Shown here one piece after another: positions 1 to 9,494 of a stretch of DNA of 64,000 nt; position 1 is the stretch's first letter; every line of letters begins with the position of its first letter. The notes under the pieces were generated by a model that made no database searches, was not told the DNA's origin, and saw nothing but the letters and a program-made list of their open reading frames with translations. Location: assembly GCA_002269645.1 (NCBI GenBank), contig NIVC01001158.1:28814-92813 (forward strand). Direction: 5' to 3'. This DNA is from Macrostomum lignano. Lineage: Eukaryota. Made by a program: the position numbers and the translations under genes.

Positions 1-83
1 GAAGCGTACTTTTACATACTACTACATCCAAACACACACTAACACTCTCTAACCGTCGCCAGCGCCGCAGGCGCAAAGGGTCT
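1..83 (+). repeat. Left terminal inverted repeat of the outer Polinton (partial, runs off the window start)
   Basis: gaagcgtacttttacatactactacatcc...gcgcaaagggtct matches the reverse complement of 18423-18506; similarity stops at base 83. Confidence 0.9.
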
Positions 84-202
84 AGAATGGTAGAAAAGAA
101 TAGAAGCTATTTTTAGCCAGCTCACCCACGCACTCAACATTCCATTAAGGCAGATTTTTCGTTTTCGTTTCGTTTTCAAAAATCTGGCCTTAATGGAATG
201 TG

Positions 203-272
203 GGCATTCATCACCCCACCACGCAGCTAAATGGAAATTGGACATTCATCACCCCACCCACGCAGCTAAATG
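203..272 (+). repeat. Subterminal direct repeat (2 copies of cattcatcaccccacc(c)acgcagctaaatg) followed by TTATATAAA
   Basis: Two near-identical ~29-bp copies read directly, with a TATA-like box immediately after. Confidence 0.6.
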
Positions 273-644
273 TTATATAAATGCATATAAGAAGAACTCA
301 ATTTATCACGAAGCGAAAAAAAAAATTAACCCAGCTCACATCAACGAAAATGCCATCATATAGCACCCTCAATGAGCGTCTAAGAGCCGCAGCAAATACT
401 TGCAACTCGAACCCAAACTCTTCGACGACACCACCAAAACTCCATGTTTCGTAACACCGAGCTTAATAATTTTATTAATCAAAGAATTACATCGTGGAGA
501 AACGAAGAAAGATTTTTCAACGCGCTCAAGGTAATAAATAAAATCCTATTCATTTAATAACTATATCTAGCTATTAACACTTACTAATTTATATTTTAGA
601 AATATCATCAACAGCGACAAGCGTATCAGAAGGCACAGAGGCGA

Positions 645-921
645 GTGGAGGAGTTTATGGAAGACATCCAATATCAACCAACTCAAGATATGCCGCCACA
701 AAACCAAGATCAACCAACTCAAGCTATGACTCCACAAAATCAAGATCAACCCACTCAAGCAAACAATGTAGCAGTCTGTCCAATCTGCCAGCACACGCCA
801 ACCAGGCCTATTGGAAAACACATGTTGTCAGGTAATGATATGTGAAGTGTGTTACAATCAAGCAATGGCGAATGGTCTAAGAAACTGCCCAAACTGCCGC
901 GCCGTATGGAATGTTGATTGA
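645..921 (+). pseudogene. Small RING-finger protein of the outer element, one frameshift
   Basis: Removing one A from ggaaaacac (~824) gives CPICQHTPTRPIGNTCCQVMICEVCYNQAMANGLRNCPNCRAVWNVD*, a RING-like Cys spacing, preceded by Q/P/D-rich repeats. Confidence 0.7.
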
Positions 922-1116
922 GAACGAGGAAAAGAATCAATGACATATTGACAAACATCTCTTATAGAAAAGGCGCACAAAAGTAAAATATAAAATTCTC
1001 TGTATTCAAACGAAGTTATTACCATCTTTGGAACGAAAAAAAATACACAAGCTTTATGTCTACCCTTTTTGTGTCTCCATATCGTCTCAATTTTCTGTTA
1101 CTAAAAATAGACAAAA

Positions 1117-1528
1117 ATGACACACGTTACACATATACAAAATCTAAATGAATTGCAAGTAGGAGACACCAGTAGAATACAGAGGTGAGGGTCTTTTCGA
1201 CATAACAGGCGCTGCAGCAAATGCATTTAAAGACAATATGCCACTAATAGCACAAGCAGGCTCAGCAGCAGGCCTCTTAACCACGCAGTCAAGGGGGGAA
1301 TAGAAGCAGCTAAGGCAGTAGAAGAGCTCAAGAAATTGAGAGAATTTAACGACACCCTCTCGCAAATAAAAGCAATAAATATTTATAGCTAGCACAAGAA
1401 AGCCACCCAACTCACACAAGCTACTGAAAACACCTACTAAAAGTAACCCATTGAGCAATAAAGATATCCAAGATTTTAATAAAATGTTAACCTCAATTAA
1501 AGGCGGAAAAGGATTAAAGAAGTTTTAG
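1117..1528 (+). pseudogene. Degenerate putative virion core protein of the outer element
   Basis: Frame-hopping translation gives ...RGEGLFDITGAAANAFKDNMPLIAQAGSAAGLL...AVKGGIEAAKAVEELKKL...IKGGKGLKKF*. The GxGL motifs are typical of Polinton structural proteins; several frameshifts are needed. Confidence 0.4.
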
Positions 1529-2748
1529 TAATATAAAAATGGGCTCAGTTAATGATGAAAATCGTCACTACTAAGCAACGGTAGATCCGTCGATTTTGGA
1601 GGTGGGGTGGGTGTCAACCCTCCTCGCCTCTCATTGGCTGGCGCCCCGATCACTAGGTGATCGATACCCGTATCGATATCGGCGCTCGGCGCGCGCGCGC
1701 CGCAGGCGCGTGGCGCCAAGCGCCGCAGGCGCACCTACCGATATGTACCGATATGTATGCTCACCCTACCGACATGTACCCCGATATGTACACCCTCCCG
1801 AGCCGCAGGCGCACCCTCCTGAGCCGCAGACGCCCATGCCGCAGGCGCCCTGAGTGTACACTCTCCCGAGCCAAAGGTACACTCTCCCCAGTACACTCTC
1901 CCGATATGTACACTCTCCACAGTACACTCTCCCGATATGTATGCATACACAGATATGTAGTCAACGATATTAGGCTAGTGAAAACTACTTATAGTAGGTG
2001 AAATTGAGTATATTTACATAAAAATGTAGATAAAACATATTGGTAGGTGAATAATGACGCATATTACATATTAAAATGTACATATTGGAGCATATGAGCA
2101 GCAAAAACACACAATGTAGGTGCATATTTGACAGAAATAGACAAAGCAGGTACTGTAAGCACTACATAGGTGGTAATACACACAGTATAAAGTAGGTTTA
2201 CAAAGTGTACTTTCGATACATATCGGATTAATGTATAAAGCGGGTTTACAAGGCATGCATATATCAGAAGGTGTAGTTGTATAATACAGGCGCGCATGTA
2301 TAATCAGATTATAGGCAAACGCCCAGGTGCAATTTCAACAGACGCGTAAATAATGTCACACCGACTAAAGAGTAAATATTGTCTAACCCGCAGGTGCATA
2401 AATATTAAACAAAAGCGGTTCGGGGAAATCCCAAAAGGGAGGTTTTAGCCGCCCGTTTTCGCCGCCCTAACCCTCTTATGGGTACAATTGCGTTGAAAAT
2501 ATTTCAAGTCATTAGGTTGTAAGACCCTCCATATTTTAGGTGGGTGGACTCGAGCCCGGGGCCAGCCCATTACAGTTTTTTGGGCCGGCCCCTCTGCCAA
2601 TTTCCTCCCTAGGTGCGAGCTATCAGAATTGGTCTTTTAACCCCCGTGTATACACACATAGAGGCCCCCAGCTAGCGTCCCATTCTAACCTACCCAGTGT
2701 ACAGTGTTGGGTTCCCCAAACCGCGTACAAAGAGAAATACCTTATCAG

Positions 2749-3705
2749 TCAATCTCCATACGCTCCCTCAGGGCTGTCTCGTACGCGGCCTCTTCCTCCA
2801 CGCTCTCGAAGCAGTAGTCGGATGACTGGCAATGTGGAAATTATAACAGTCAATGTAGATAGAATATAGGCAAGGTATATGATTAGATGAGTTGTGTATA
2901 CAGTGTAATATCTAACCAAACCTAAATCCTCCTCCAGCCGCCACAGGCGTAGAGACGCTGTATAGCGCACCAACGAAAGGTGCTCCTCCCAGTTGGTAGA
3001 CCGGATAGCAGTAGCTATCCGGACCGGATAGCAGACTGCAGGCTCATCCCACGCAGTCGGGCGCGCTCCCGGACCGGCCAGGTACGCCTCCGAGTCGGGG
3101 GCATACGAATTACGCCCTATTAGCCAATCCTGGTGTAGCGTCTCCGCCTCCAGCACCTCCCGCAGATCAGCCCCTCGGGCCACCAAAGTATCAAGAACCC
3201 GATTAAAGGCTCTGACAAAGGTGGCTTGGGAGGGCAGGCCGCCAGGGTGGCGAGACCTCAACCAGTCAATGTCCCCGCGGAAAAATGAGGCCACAATGCG
3301 AGGAAAGCGCTCACGAACCACGGCGATCTCCTCAGACATATCCTCGTCCTCATCGTCGAAGAGAAGGAGCGTAGAGGCTGATGATATTGAGGCCCGGTGG
3401 GAGGTAGTTGAAGCAGAGGCGGCAGCGGCAGAGACGGGCGCAGTAGAGACAGAGGCGGCAGCAGCAGCAGGGGCGCCGTTCACAACCCCGCCGATAGCCA
3501 GCAGCGGGAGGTCAAAAACTTCAGATTCGGTGTCGCTATCATAGGACATGGCCCAAGCTAGATATTGATCAGCCTCCCAATTATCGGTTCCGTTGTTTTC
3601 AGTGCCTAGGGGAACTATGTGTTCAGGGATATCACCCTCGAGGCTGGTTAACTCTTCAGTCGGGCGATTATTATCCCAGAGGTTGGATAGAGCTCGGCGG
3701 GCCAT
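2749..3705 (-). CDS. Orphan 318-aa protein (acidic/Ala-rich N-terminus); the 3' part may be spliced
   Basis: Intact ORF with TATATAA at 3774-3780 (-) upstream; an identical copy lies at 9943-10899 (+). No family recognised. Confidence 0.6.
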   Translation of the reverse strand: MARRALSNLWDNNRPTEELTSLEGDIPEHIVPLGTENNGTDNWEADQYLAWAMSYDSDTESEVFDLPLLAIGGVVNGAPAAAAASVSTAPVSAAAASASTTSHRASISSASTLLLFDDEDEDMSEEIAVVRERFPRIVASFFRGDIDWLRSRHPGGLPSQATFVRAFNRVLDTLVARGADLREVLEAETLHQDWLIGRNSYAPDSEAYLAGPGARPTAWDEPAVCYPVRIATAIRSTNWEEHLSLVRYTASLRLWRLEEDLGLVRYYTVYTTHLIIYLAYILSTLTVIISTLPVIRLLLRERGGRGRVRDSPEGAYGD

Positions 3706-3773
3706 GTTGGAATCAACAGAGAGTAAAGTATTAGAGCTAGGATAGGTTCGACTCTCCAGAGAGGAAACACTAA

Positions 3774-3780
3774 TTATATA
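3774..3780 (-). promoter_or_regulatory. TATA box of the 318-aa ORF (mirror copy at 9868-9874 +)
   Basis: TATATAA about 70 bp upstream of the ATG. Confidence 0.55.
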
Positions 3781-3816
3781 GACGGATCGAGTGAGGCGGT
3801 GCGAACCAATAGGAAA

Positions 3817-4350
3817 CTAGCAGTCCCAACCCTCGTTATACAGATTTTCCCAGGGCGGAGATTGGTAGGGTTTGAGACCCACAAGCTGAAGAACATCCTC
3901 CTCAGTCCTGGCTACCGGAGGCGTGTCTGTCTTGACTCGCTTGGCTGGAGGGGGTGCCTCAGGTGCCGGCTTGAAGAGCTTGTCCAAACGGGCGGCAAAC
4001 ATCCGGCGCCACAGTTCAGGCGTGAATTCGATCGTGTAGCGCCAATTAAACTTTGGGTCCTGATTGAGCCAATTGCGCAGCAAACGGATCCTCCCTCGCG
4101 AAGCTTCAACTGCCTTGAAATTGCCCAACAGGACCCGCTTGTTCACGTGAAGGCGGGCAGCAGCCTCCAGGTCAGGGCGCGCAGCTTCGAGCTTCTTCCA
4201 CTCTGGCTCGCTCAAGTAGATTGCAGGGAAGCCGTCCTTCCACACTCCGGCCTCGTTGGTGTAGAGACGCCGAATTTCAATCAAGTTGTGTTCAGTTTCA
4301 AATGTGGGCTTCCGCGCCACAAAGTTTTCGTATAGAGAGATAGAAGACAT
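3817..4350 (-). CDS. Tandem PC4-like ssDNA-binding protein, 177 aa
   Basis: IEIRRLYTNEAGVWKDGFPAIYLSEPEWKKL follows the PC4 pattern (DIRxxY...G...G-I-L-xxEWxxL). A second degenerate copy reads IRLLRNWLNQDPKFNWRYTIEFTPELWRRM, followed by a basic PPAKRVK tail. TATATAA lies at 4397-4403 (-). Confidence 0.7.
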   Translation of the reverse strand: MSSISLYENFVARKPTFETEHNLIEIRRLYTNEAGVWKDGFPAIYLSEPEWKKLEAARPDLEAAARLHVNKRVLLGNFKAVEASRGRIRLLRNWLNQDPKFNWRYTIEFTPELWRRMFAARLDKLFKPAPEAPPPAKRVKTDTPPVARTEEDVLQLVGLKPYQSPPWENLYNEGWDC

Positions 4351-4396
4351 GATTTAGCAGCAGCAGCAGAGAGCTCTCTGACAGCCGTGCAGCGCC

Positions 4397-4403
4397 TTAT
4401 ATA
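4397..4403 (-). promoter_or_regulatory. TATA box of the PC4-like gene
   Basis: TATATAA about 47 bp upstream of the ATG at 4350. Confidence 0.55.
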
Positions 4404-4591
4404 CCCCCGGATGGAGGGTGGGGTGGGTGATGATTTTGGGGGGTGATTTTTGATGATTTTGGTTGGTTTTTGGTGATTTATCCAATAACAGGCGAGCTGA
4501 GCAGATTTTTTAGTACATATACAGACCCCCCAGAGCCAGGGTAGAGAGATAATCCTTCTCTCTCCGCTCTCTCACGCTCTCTGTTTGCAAA

Positions 4592-7500
4592 ATGGCTAAA
4601 CGCAGCGCCACCGCAACTGCTTTCCTGGCTGACAAGAGGCAACGTCTTTATGGTAAGTTTTAATTAATTTCTGACCGTCTAGGCTAGACTGTAGTTGCTA
4701 GGGTGGGGGGTACTGCGGCACGGGGTGAGCTGCTGCGACAGCTGCAGGGTCTGTGGGACCGCAGAGTAAACAACAAAGACTGTCACTGCTGCGACAGCTG
4801 CGGGGGTCTAGACTGGAGTTGCTAGGGTGGGGTGCAGATAAGAAATTGGCAGGGTCTGTAACAGAGAGTTGCAGGGGAGGGCTAGACAAGTTTCAGCCGG
4901 GTTAGCAGCAGCAGCAGCTGCAGGGTCTGTGGGACAGCAGAGTAAACAAAGACTGGGGCCTCGGGTGGGGTGTTGTCTAGACAGGGAGGGGTGTGCGGCA
5001 GCTGATAAGAAATTGCTGCAAAAAACAGAGAGTTGCTAGGATGCTGCGGCAGAGTACTGATAAGAAATTGGCGTGGTCTGTAACAGATAATCGTTGGGGC
5101 GGGCTAGACAAGTTTCAGCCGGGTGGGGGGCAGAGAGTTGCTGGGACTGTGTAGCGCGGGGGCAGACTGATAAGAAATTGGCAAGGGCTGTCTAGACAGG
5201 TTGCAGCTAGGTGCAGATAAGAAATTGCTGCAAAAAACAGAGAGTTGCTGTGGGAGGGGTGCTGCAGAGTAAACAACAAAGACTGGAACTGCTGCGACAG
5301 AGGGTTGCTGGGGCCAGGAAAATGACAGATTCTTCTGGTTTTTTTTTATCTCCTTGTGTTTTTTCAGACGCGTTTGTCCCGCCAACACAGCCGGAATCTG
5401 TTACCGGACCGGGTGAGTTATCCAGCCCCCCATTTCCCACACAGACCCGGGCTGACTCACACTCCCCCATTCCCCCCATGCAGGTTTTACGGCCCGGCTG
5501 GATAATCAGCGCGAGCTGCCCAAGTTTAGGGCAAAGGGCGTCGAGTATGTGGTGCGTATTACCAACACCGAAGATTTGCGGGAGCTGTTTGTCGACATGC
5601 TCGAAGTTTTCAAGCAAGATTTGGCAGGCGAGGATTTCATGGCTGCGAAATTCGAGAGCGACAATATGCTCAAAGCAGCCCATACTCCCCCGGTGCGTGC
5701 AGCCCGCATGACGGCTGAATTATTATTCAAGCACATTGACAAGATTGTGCAGTCGGATGCCACTGTATTGTCAGGCAACTTTTCTATCCGCCTGCTAAAA
5801 GCCTGGGTACCTCGAGGTGGCTGCGCCCTCGAGAACAAACATGTAGAGGAGCGCCACGCCTTCTCCAAGCACTATGTCCGCATCACCAACTCGGACAAGA
5901 GATGCCTGCTGCGAGCGCTTGTTGTCGCATGCGCCTACCTGCAATTTGTGGTCAAGTCCATCACCGAGCGGCTGTGGCGCACGATCAAGGCCAATTCGCC
6001 CACGCAGACTAAGCTGGTGGCTGAGCTACAAATCGAAGCGGGCCTCTACACGGTAAGTTTATAGTATTTTCATGGATTACTAAAAGAATTTTTACGATAA
6101 GGAATACTAAAAGATATATTTTCTGATAAGAATTTTTACGCAGTATCATGGAATACTAAAAGAACCATACTCTGATAAGAATTTTTACGATAAGGAATAC
6201 TAAAAGAATTTTACATAGTATCAGGGAATACTAAAAGAAATATTTTACCCCCACACAGACTCTTCAAACCGTCTCGCAGGCCGGTCCTTTCGGGGTGGAT
6301 GCACTGTCCGAAGCGATCCGTGCCCTGAACCGGCTGCATCCAGGCCATGATTTCGGTGTACGAGTGTACCGGGCAGAGGAGGCCAACAGGTGCATCTTCA
6401 ACCTGCCTGGCACCGAGATTCTGCACCTGCACCTGATTGAGCAGCACTTTAATGTGGTTACAAAGCTGCCTGCGTTTTTCGGCTCCGATCACTACTGCCC
6501 CAAGTGCGAGATGGCCTACGACTGCGCCAACGCCGAGCACAAGTGCGCTGATGCCTGCAGTACATGCAAGACTCCGGGCTCCAACTGCAAGCATAACCGC
6601 GCATGTGAGATGCCATGATTGCGGGCTAAATTGCTATAATGCTCAGTGCCTAGAAAATCACAAGCGCAAGAATAAGGCGGGCAGATCGCGCTGCGATTCA
6701 GTCCACGTTTGCGGCACGTGTGGTTATCTAGAAGAACTAAAAGTAGGCCAGCCCCCTGAGCATCAGTGCCGTTACGCAAAGTGTCCAGTCTGCAAGCAGT
6801 ACGACGAAACGGCCACCCACGAGTGCTTTGTCACCCCGCCCAAAGCCAAAGAGTCTAGCGCCCCGTATGTTTACTATGATTTTGAGACGTACGTGGACTC
6901 TGGCAAGCAGCACCGGGTACACTTGGTTACGGCTGCCACCTCCTGCGAGGCGTGTCCCAAACTCTTCCCCAGGCCCCGCTGCAGCGTGTGCGGGGGACTA
7001 CACAGCTCAGCCAATTGCATTGCGGGACGCAATCTGGCGCTGGATTTTACGAGCTGTGTCTCGCACAATGACTGTGCCTGCGGGATGCGAGAGTTTGTAT
7101 CTGTCGGGCCGCACTCTATCGATGCCTTTTACTGCTGGCTGACTAGTGTGTTCAAGCAGGGGGCAATTGCATTTGCGCACAATGGCTCTGCGTATGACGC
7201 ATTCCTCCTGCTCGGCGCCCTACTCAACGGACTGGCCAAGAAGAAGCCCCAAGTGATCTTCCAGAACAGCAACCTAATGTACATGAAGTGCGACAAGATC
7301 ACGTTCAAGGACAGCCTCAACTTTATCCCTATTGGTCTGGCGCAATTCCCAAAGGCGCTTGGTTTGGGCACACAACTGACCAAAGGAGATTTCCCGCACG
7401 TGTTCAATCAGCCTCAAAATTGGGGGTACGTAGGTCCCTACTGCTCAATTGATATGTACGGCGGGAAGAAGAATAAGCAGCACGACTCCATCGCCGACTG

Positions 7501-8202
7501 GCTGGCCAAGCAGGAGGGCAAAGTGTTTAATTTTAATAAGGAGTATCTGGACTATTGCCTGCAGGACACGCTAATTTTGCGGGAAGGCTGCCTGAAATAT
7601 ACCCGCCTGATTAAGGACATTTGCGGACTGGACGCATTTGTCCAATCCAACACCATTGCGGGCTTGGCCATGGCTGTATTCACCACCAAGTTTATGGAGC
7701 CCAACACTCTTGGGGTGATTTCCCGCCGGTCGGATGTACAGTCGCACAAGGCGCGGTGCTGGCTGGCACATTTGAATGCAACCGAGTTTGGCGGCCGGTT
7801 GCGGACAGCCGACTCTGGCGGCGAGGCTTTCGCCATGGGCCGTAAGGTGGACGGTTTCGACCCGGAGACCAGGACAGTGCTGCAGTTTCATGGCTGTTTC
7901 TTCCATGGCTGTCCCAAGTGCTTCCCCAACGGTGACGTGCTGCACCCGCTCAAGAACCAGCCAATGCGGGCAATTTATGAGGAGACTGAGCGCTTCACCC
8001 GGCTGCTCTCCACTGCATACAATGTACGTGTTCTGTGGGAGCACGACTATCAGGGCGAGGGAGCGCCAGTCCAGCAGCCTATACGCCTGGAGGAAGCCCT
8101 GTTTGGCGGCCGTACCGAGGCTTTTGTCCCGCACGCCGAGGCCACCGAGACTGTAGAGCTGCGCTATCGGGATGTGGTACACACTGTGGATGTGGTACAC
8201 TT

Positions 8203-8236
<34 letters not shown>

Positions 8237-9225
8237 GACATGCGTTTGAGTTTATCTTATCCTCTAATTCTCTATTATCCTTATTATATTATATTATATT
8301 ATCCTTATACTTATCCCTAGGTGTCGCTCTACCCGACTGTCAACAAGTTTGACAAGTACCCTGTCGGGCACCCGGTTCACCACCCCGTGCCTCATCTACT
8401 GGATGAGCAGCAGCTGGCCCGGTATTTTGGTATCGCTGAGGTGTCGATTCTGCCGCCAACCAATCTCCACATTCCGCTACTGCCCGCCAAGATTAGCAAG
8501 AAGCTGGTTTTCGGCCTCTGCCGCGTCTGCATGGAGACCCAGTGCAGCAGCGAGTGTACACACACTGACGCTGAGAGAATGCTCCGCGGCACGTGGTCGA
8601 CCCCAGAGCTCCACAAGGCCCTGCAGTTGGGTTACAAGCTGCAGTCAGTTCATGCCCTGGCCTATTGGACCGAGACTCGCACGGGTTTGTTTGCAGATTA
8701 TGTAAACACTTTTTTGAAGCTCAAAGCCGAGTCTAGCGGTTCGCCGGGGATGACTGAGGACGCCAAGGCTGCCTACATGGCCAGCTTTTTCGAGCGCGAA
8801 GGCCTCCGGCTTGAAAAGGTGGAAGAAAATCCCGGCCTGCGCCTTGTGGCCAAGATTTTTCTAAACTCGTAAGTTTTTCTACTTGCAGTGGGGCCGTGTT
8901 TTTCTACTTACAGTAGCCAGATATACAAAAATTTATTTTTCCCTGCAGGCTCTGGGGCAAATTCTGCCAGCGCGACGACCTGACCTCCACAGAGATTGTG
9001 GACAGCTACGAGGCGTGGCTGCAGCGCCTGACAGACCCCTCGATCAAGGTCAAGTCGTGCGAGCCAATTGGGGAGAGCTTTATGATGCTCGAGTACAAGC
9101 CCCGATTTGGCGGTGCTGGCGAACGGGCATTCAAGTACGCTAATGTACCTATTGGCGTTTTCACCACCTCCCACGCCCGGCTGCGACTCTACGAGGCTCT
9201 GGAGGGTCTAGGAACCCGAGTCATT
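4592..9225 (+). pseudogene. Protein-primed family B DNA polymerase with 5 spliceosomal introns; truncated before motif C; one frameshift (~6598)
   Basis: Exons 4592-4652, 5368-5412, 5484-6052, 6280-8176, 8321-8868 and 8949-9225 are all bounded by GT..AG and phase-compatible. Motifs: C/H dyad (SDKRCLLRA...EQHFNVV), zinc fingers, ExoI YVYYDFET, ExoII AHNGSAYD, ExoIII YCLQD, nuclease-like insert VDG..FHGCFFHGCPKC, motif A DV|VSLYP, motif B KIFLNS|LWGKF. The YxDTDS motif is absent. Confidence 0.92.
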
Positions 9226-9494
9226 CCGGGCCTCAATATCATCAGCCTCTACGCTCCTTCTCTTCGACGATGAGGACGAGGATATGTCTGAGGAGATCGC
9301 CGTGGTTCGTGAGCGCTTTCCTCGCATTGTGGCCTCATTTTTCCGCGGGGACATTGACTGGTTGAGGTCTCGCCACCCTGGCGGCCTGCCCTCCCAAGCC
9401 ACCTTTGTCAGAGCCTTTAATCGGGTTCTTGATACTTTGGTGGCCCGAGGGGCTGATCTGCGGGAGGTGCTGGAGGCGGAGACGCTACACCAGG
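9226..9494 (+). repeat. 269-bp internal copy of part of the 318-aa ORF (=10251-10519; reverse complement of 3129-3397)
   Basis: Direct comparison; the segment joins the truncated polymerase to the right arm. Confidence 0.9.

Larger units (their letters stand above)
1567..4154 (+). repeat. Left inverted arm of the inner element (2588 bp)
   Basis: Reverse complement of 9494-12096. By eye it differs by about five substitutions, a 1-bp homopolymer indel and one extra 14-bp unit (gagagtgtactggg) in the right arm. Confidence 0.95.

Noticed and set aside
1144-1458. Minus-strand 104-aa ORF as the Polinton cysteine protease
   Set aside because: No H-W/D/C adenain motifs; the plus strand gives a more plausible GxGL-containing protein.
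1566-1570. CACTA at the left boundary suggesting an En/Spm (CACTA) element
   Set aside because: The right end is TAGTAGT, not TAGTG; the TSD is 6 bp rather than 2-3 bp; and the cargo is pPolB.
6590-6605. Frame change in the inner pPolB as a programmed frameshift
   Set aside because: No slippery sequence or downstream structure seen; mutation or sequencing indel is more likely.
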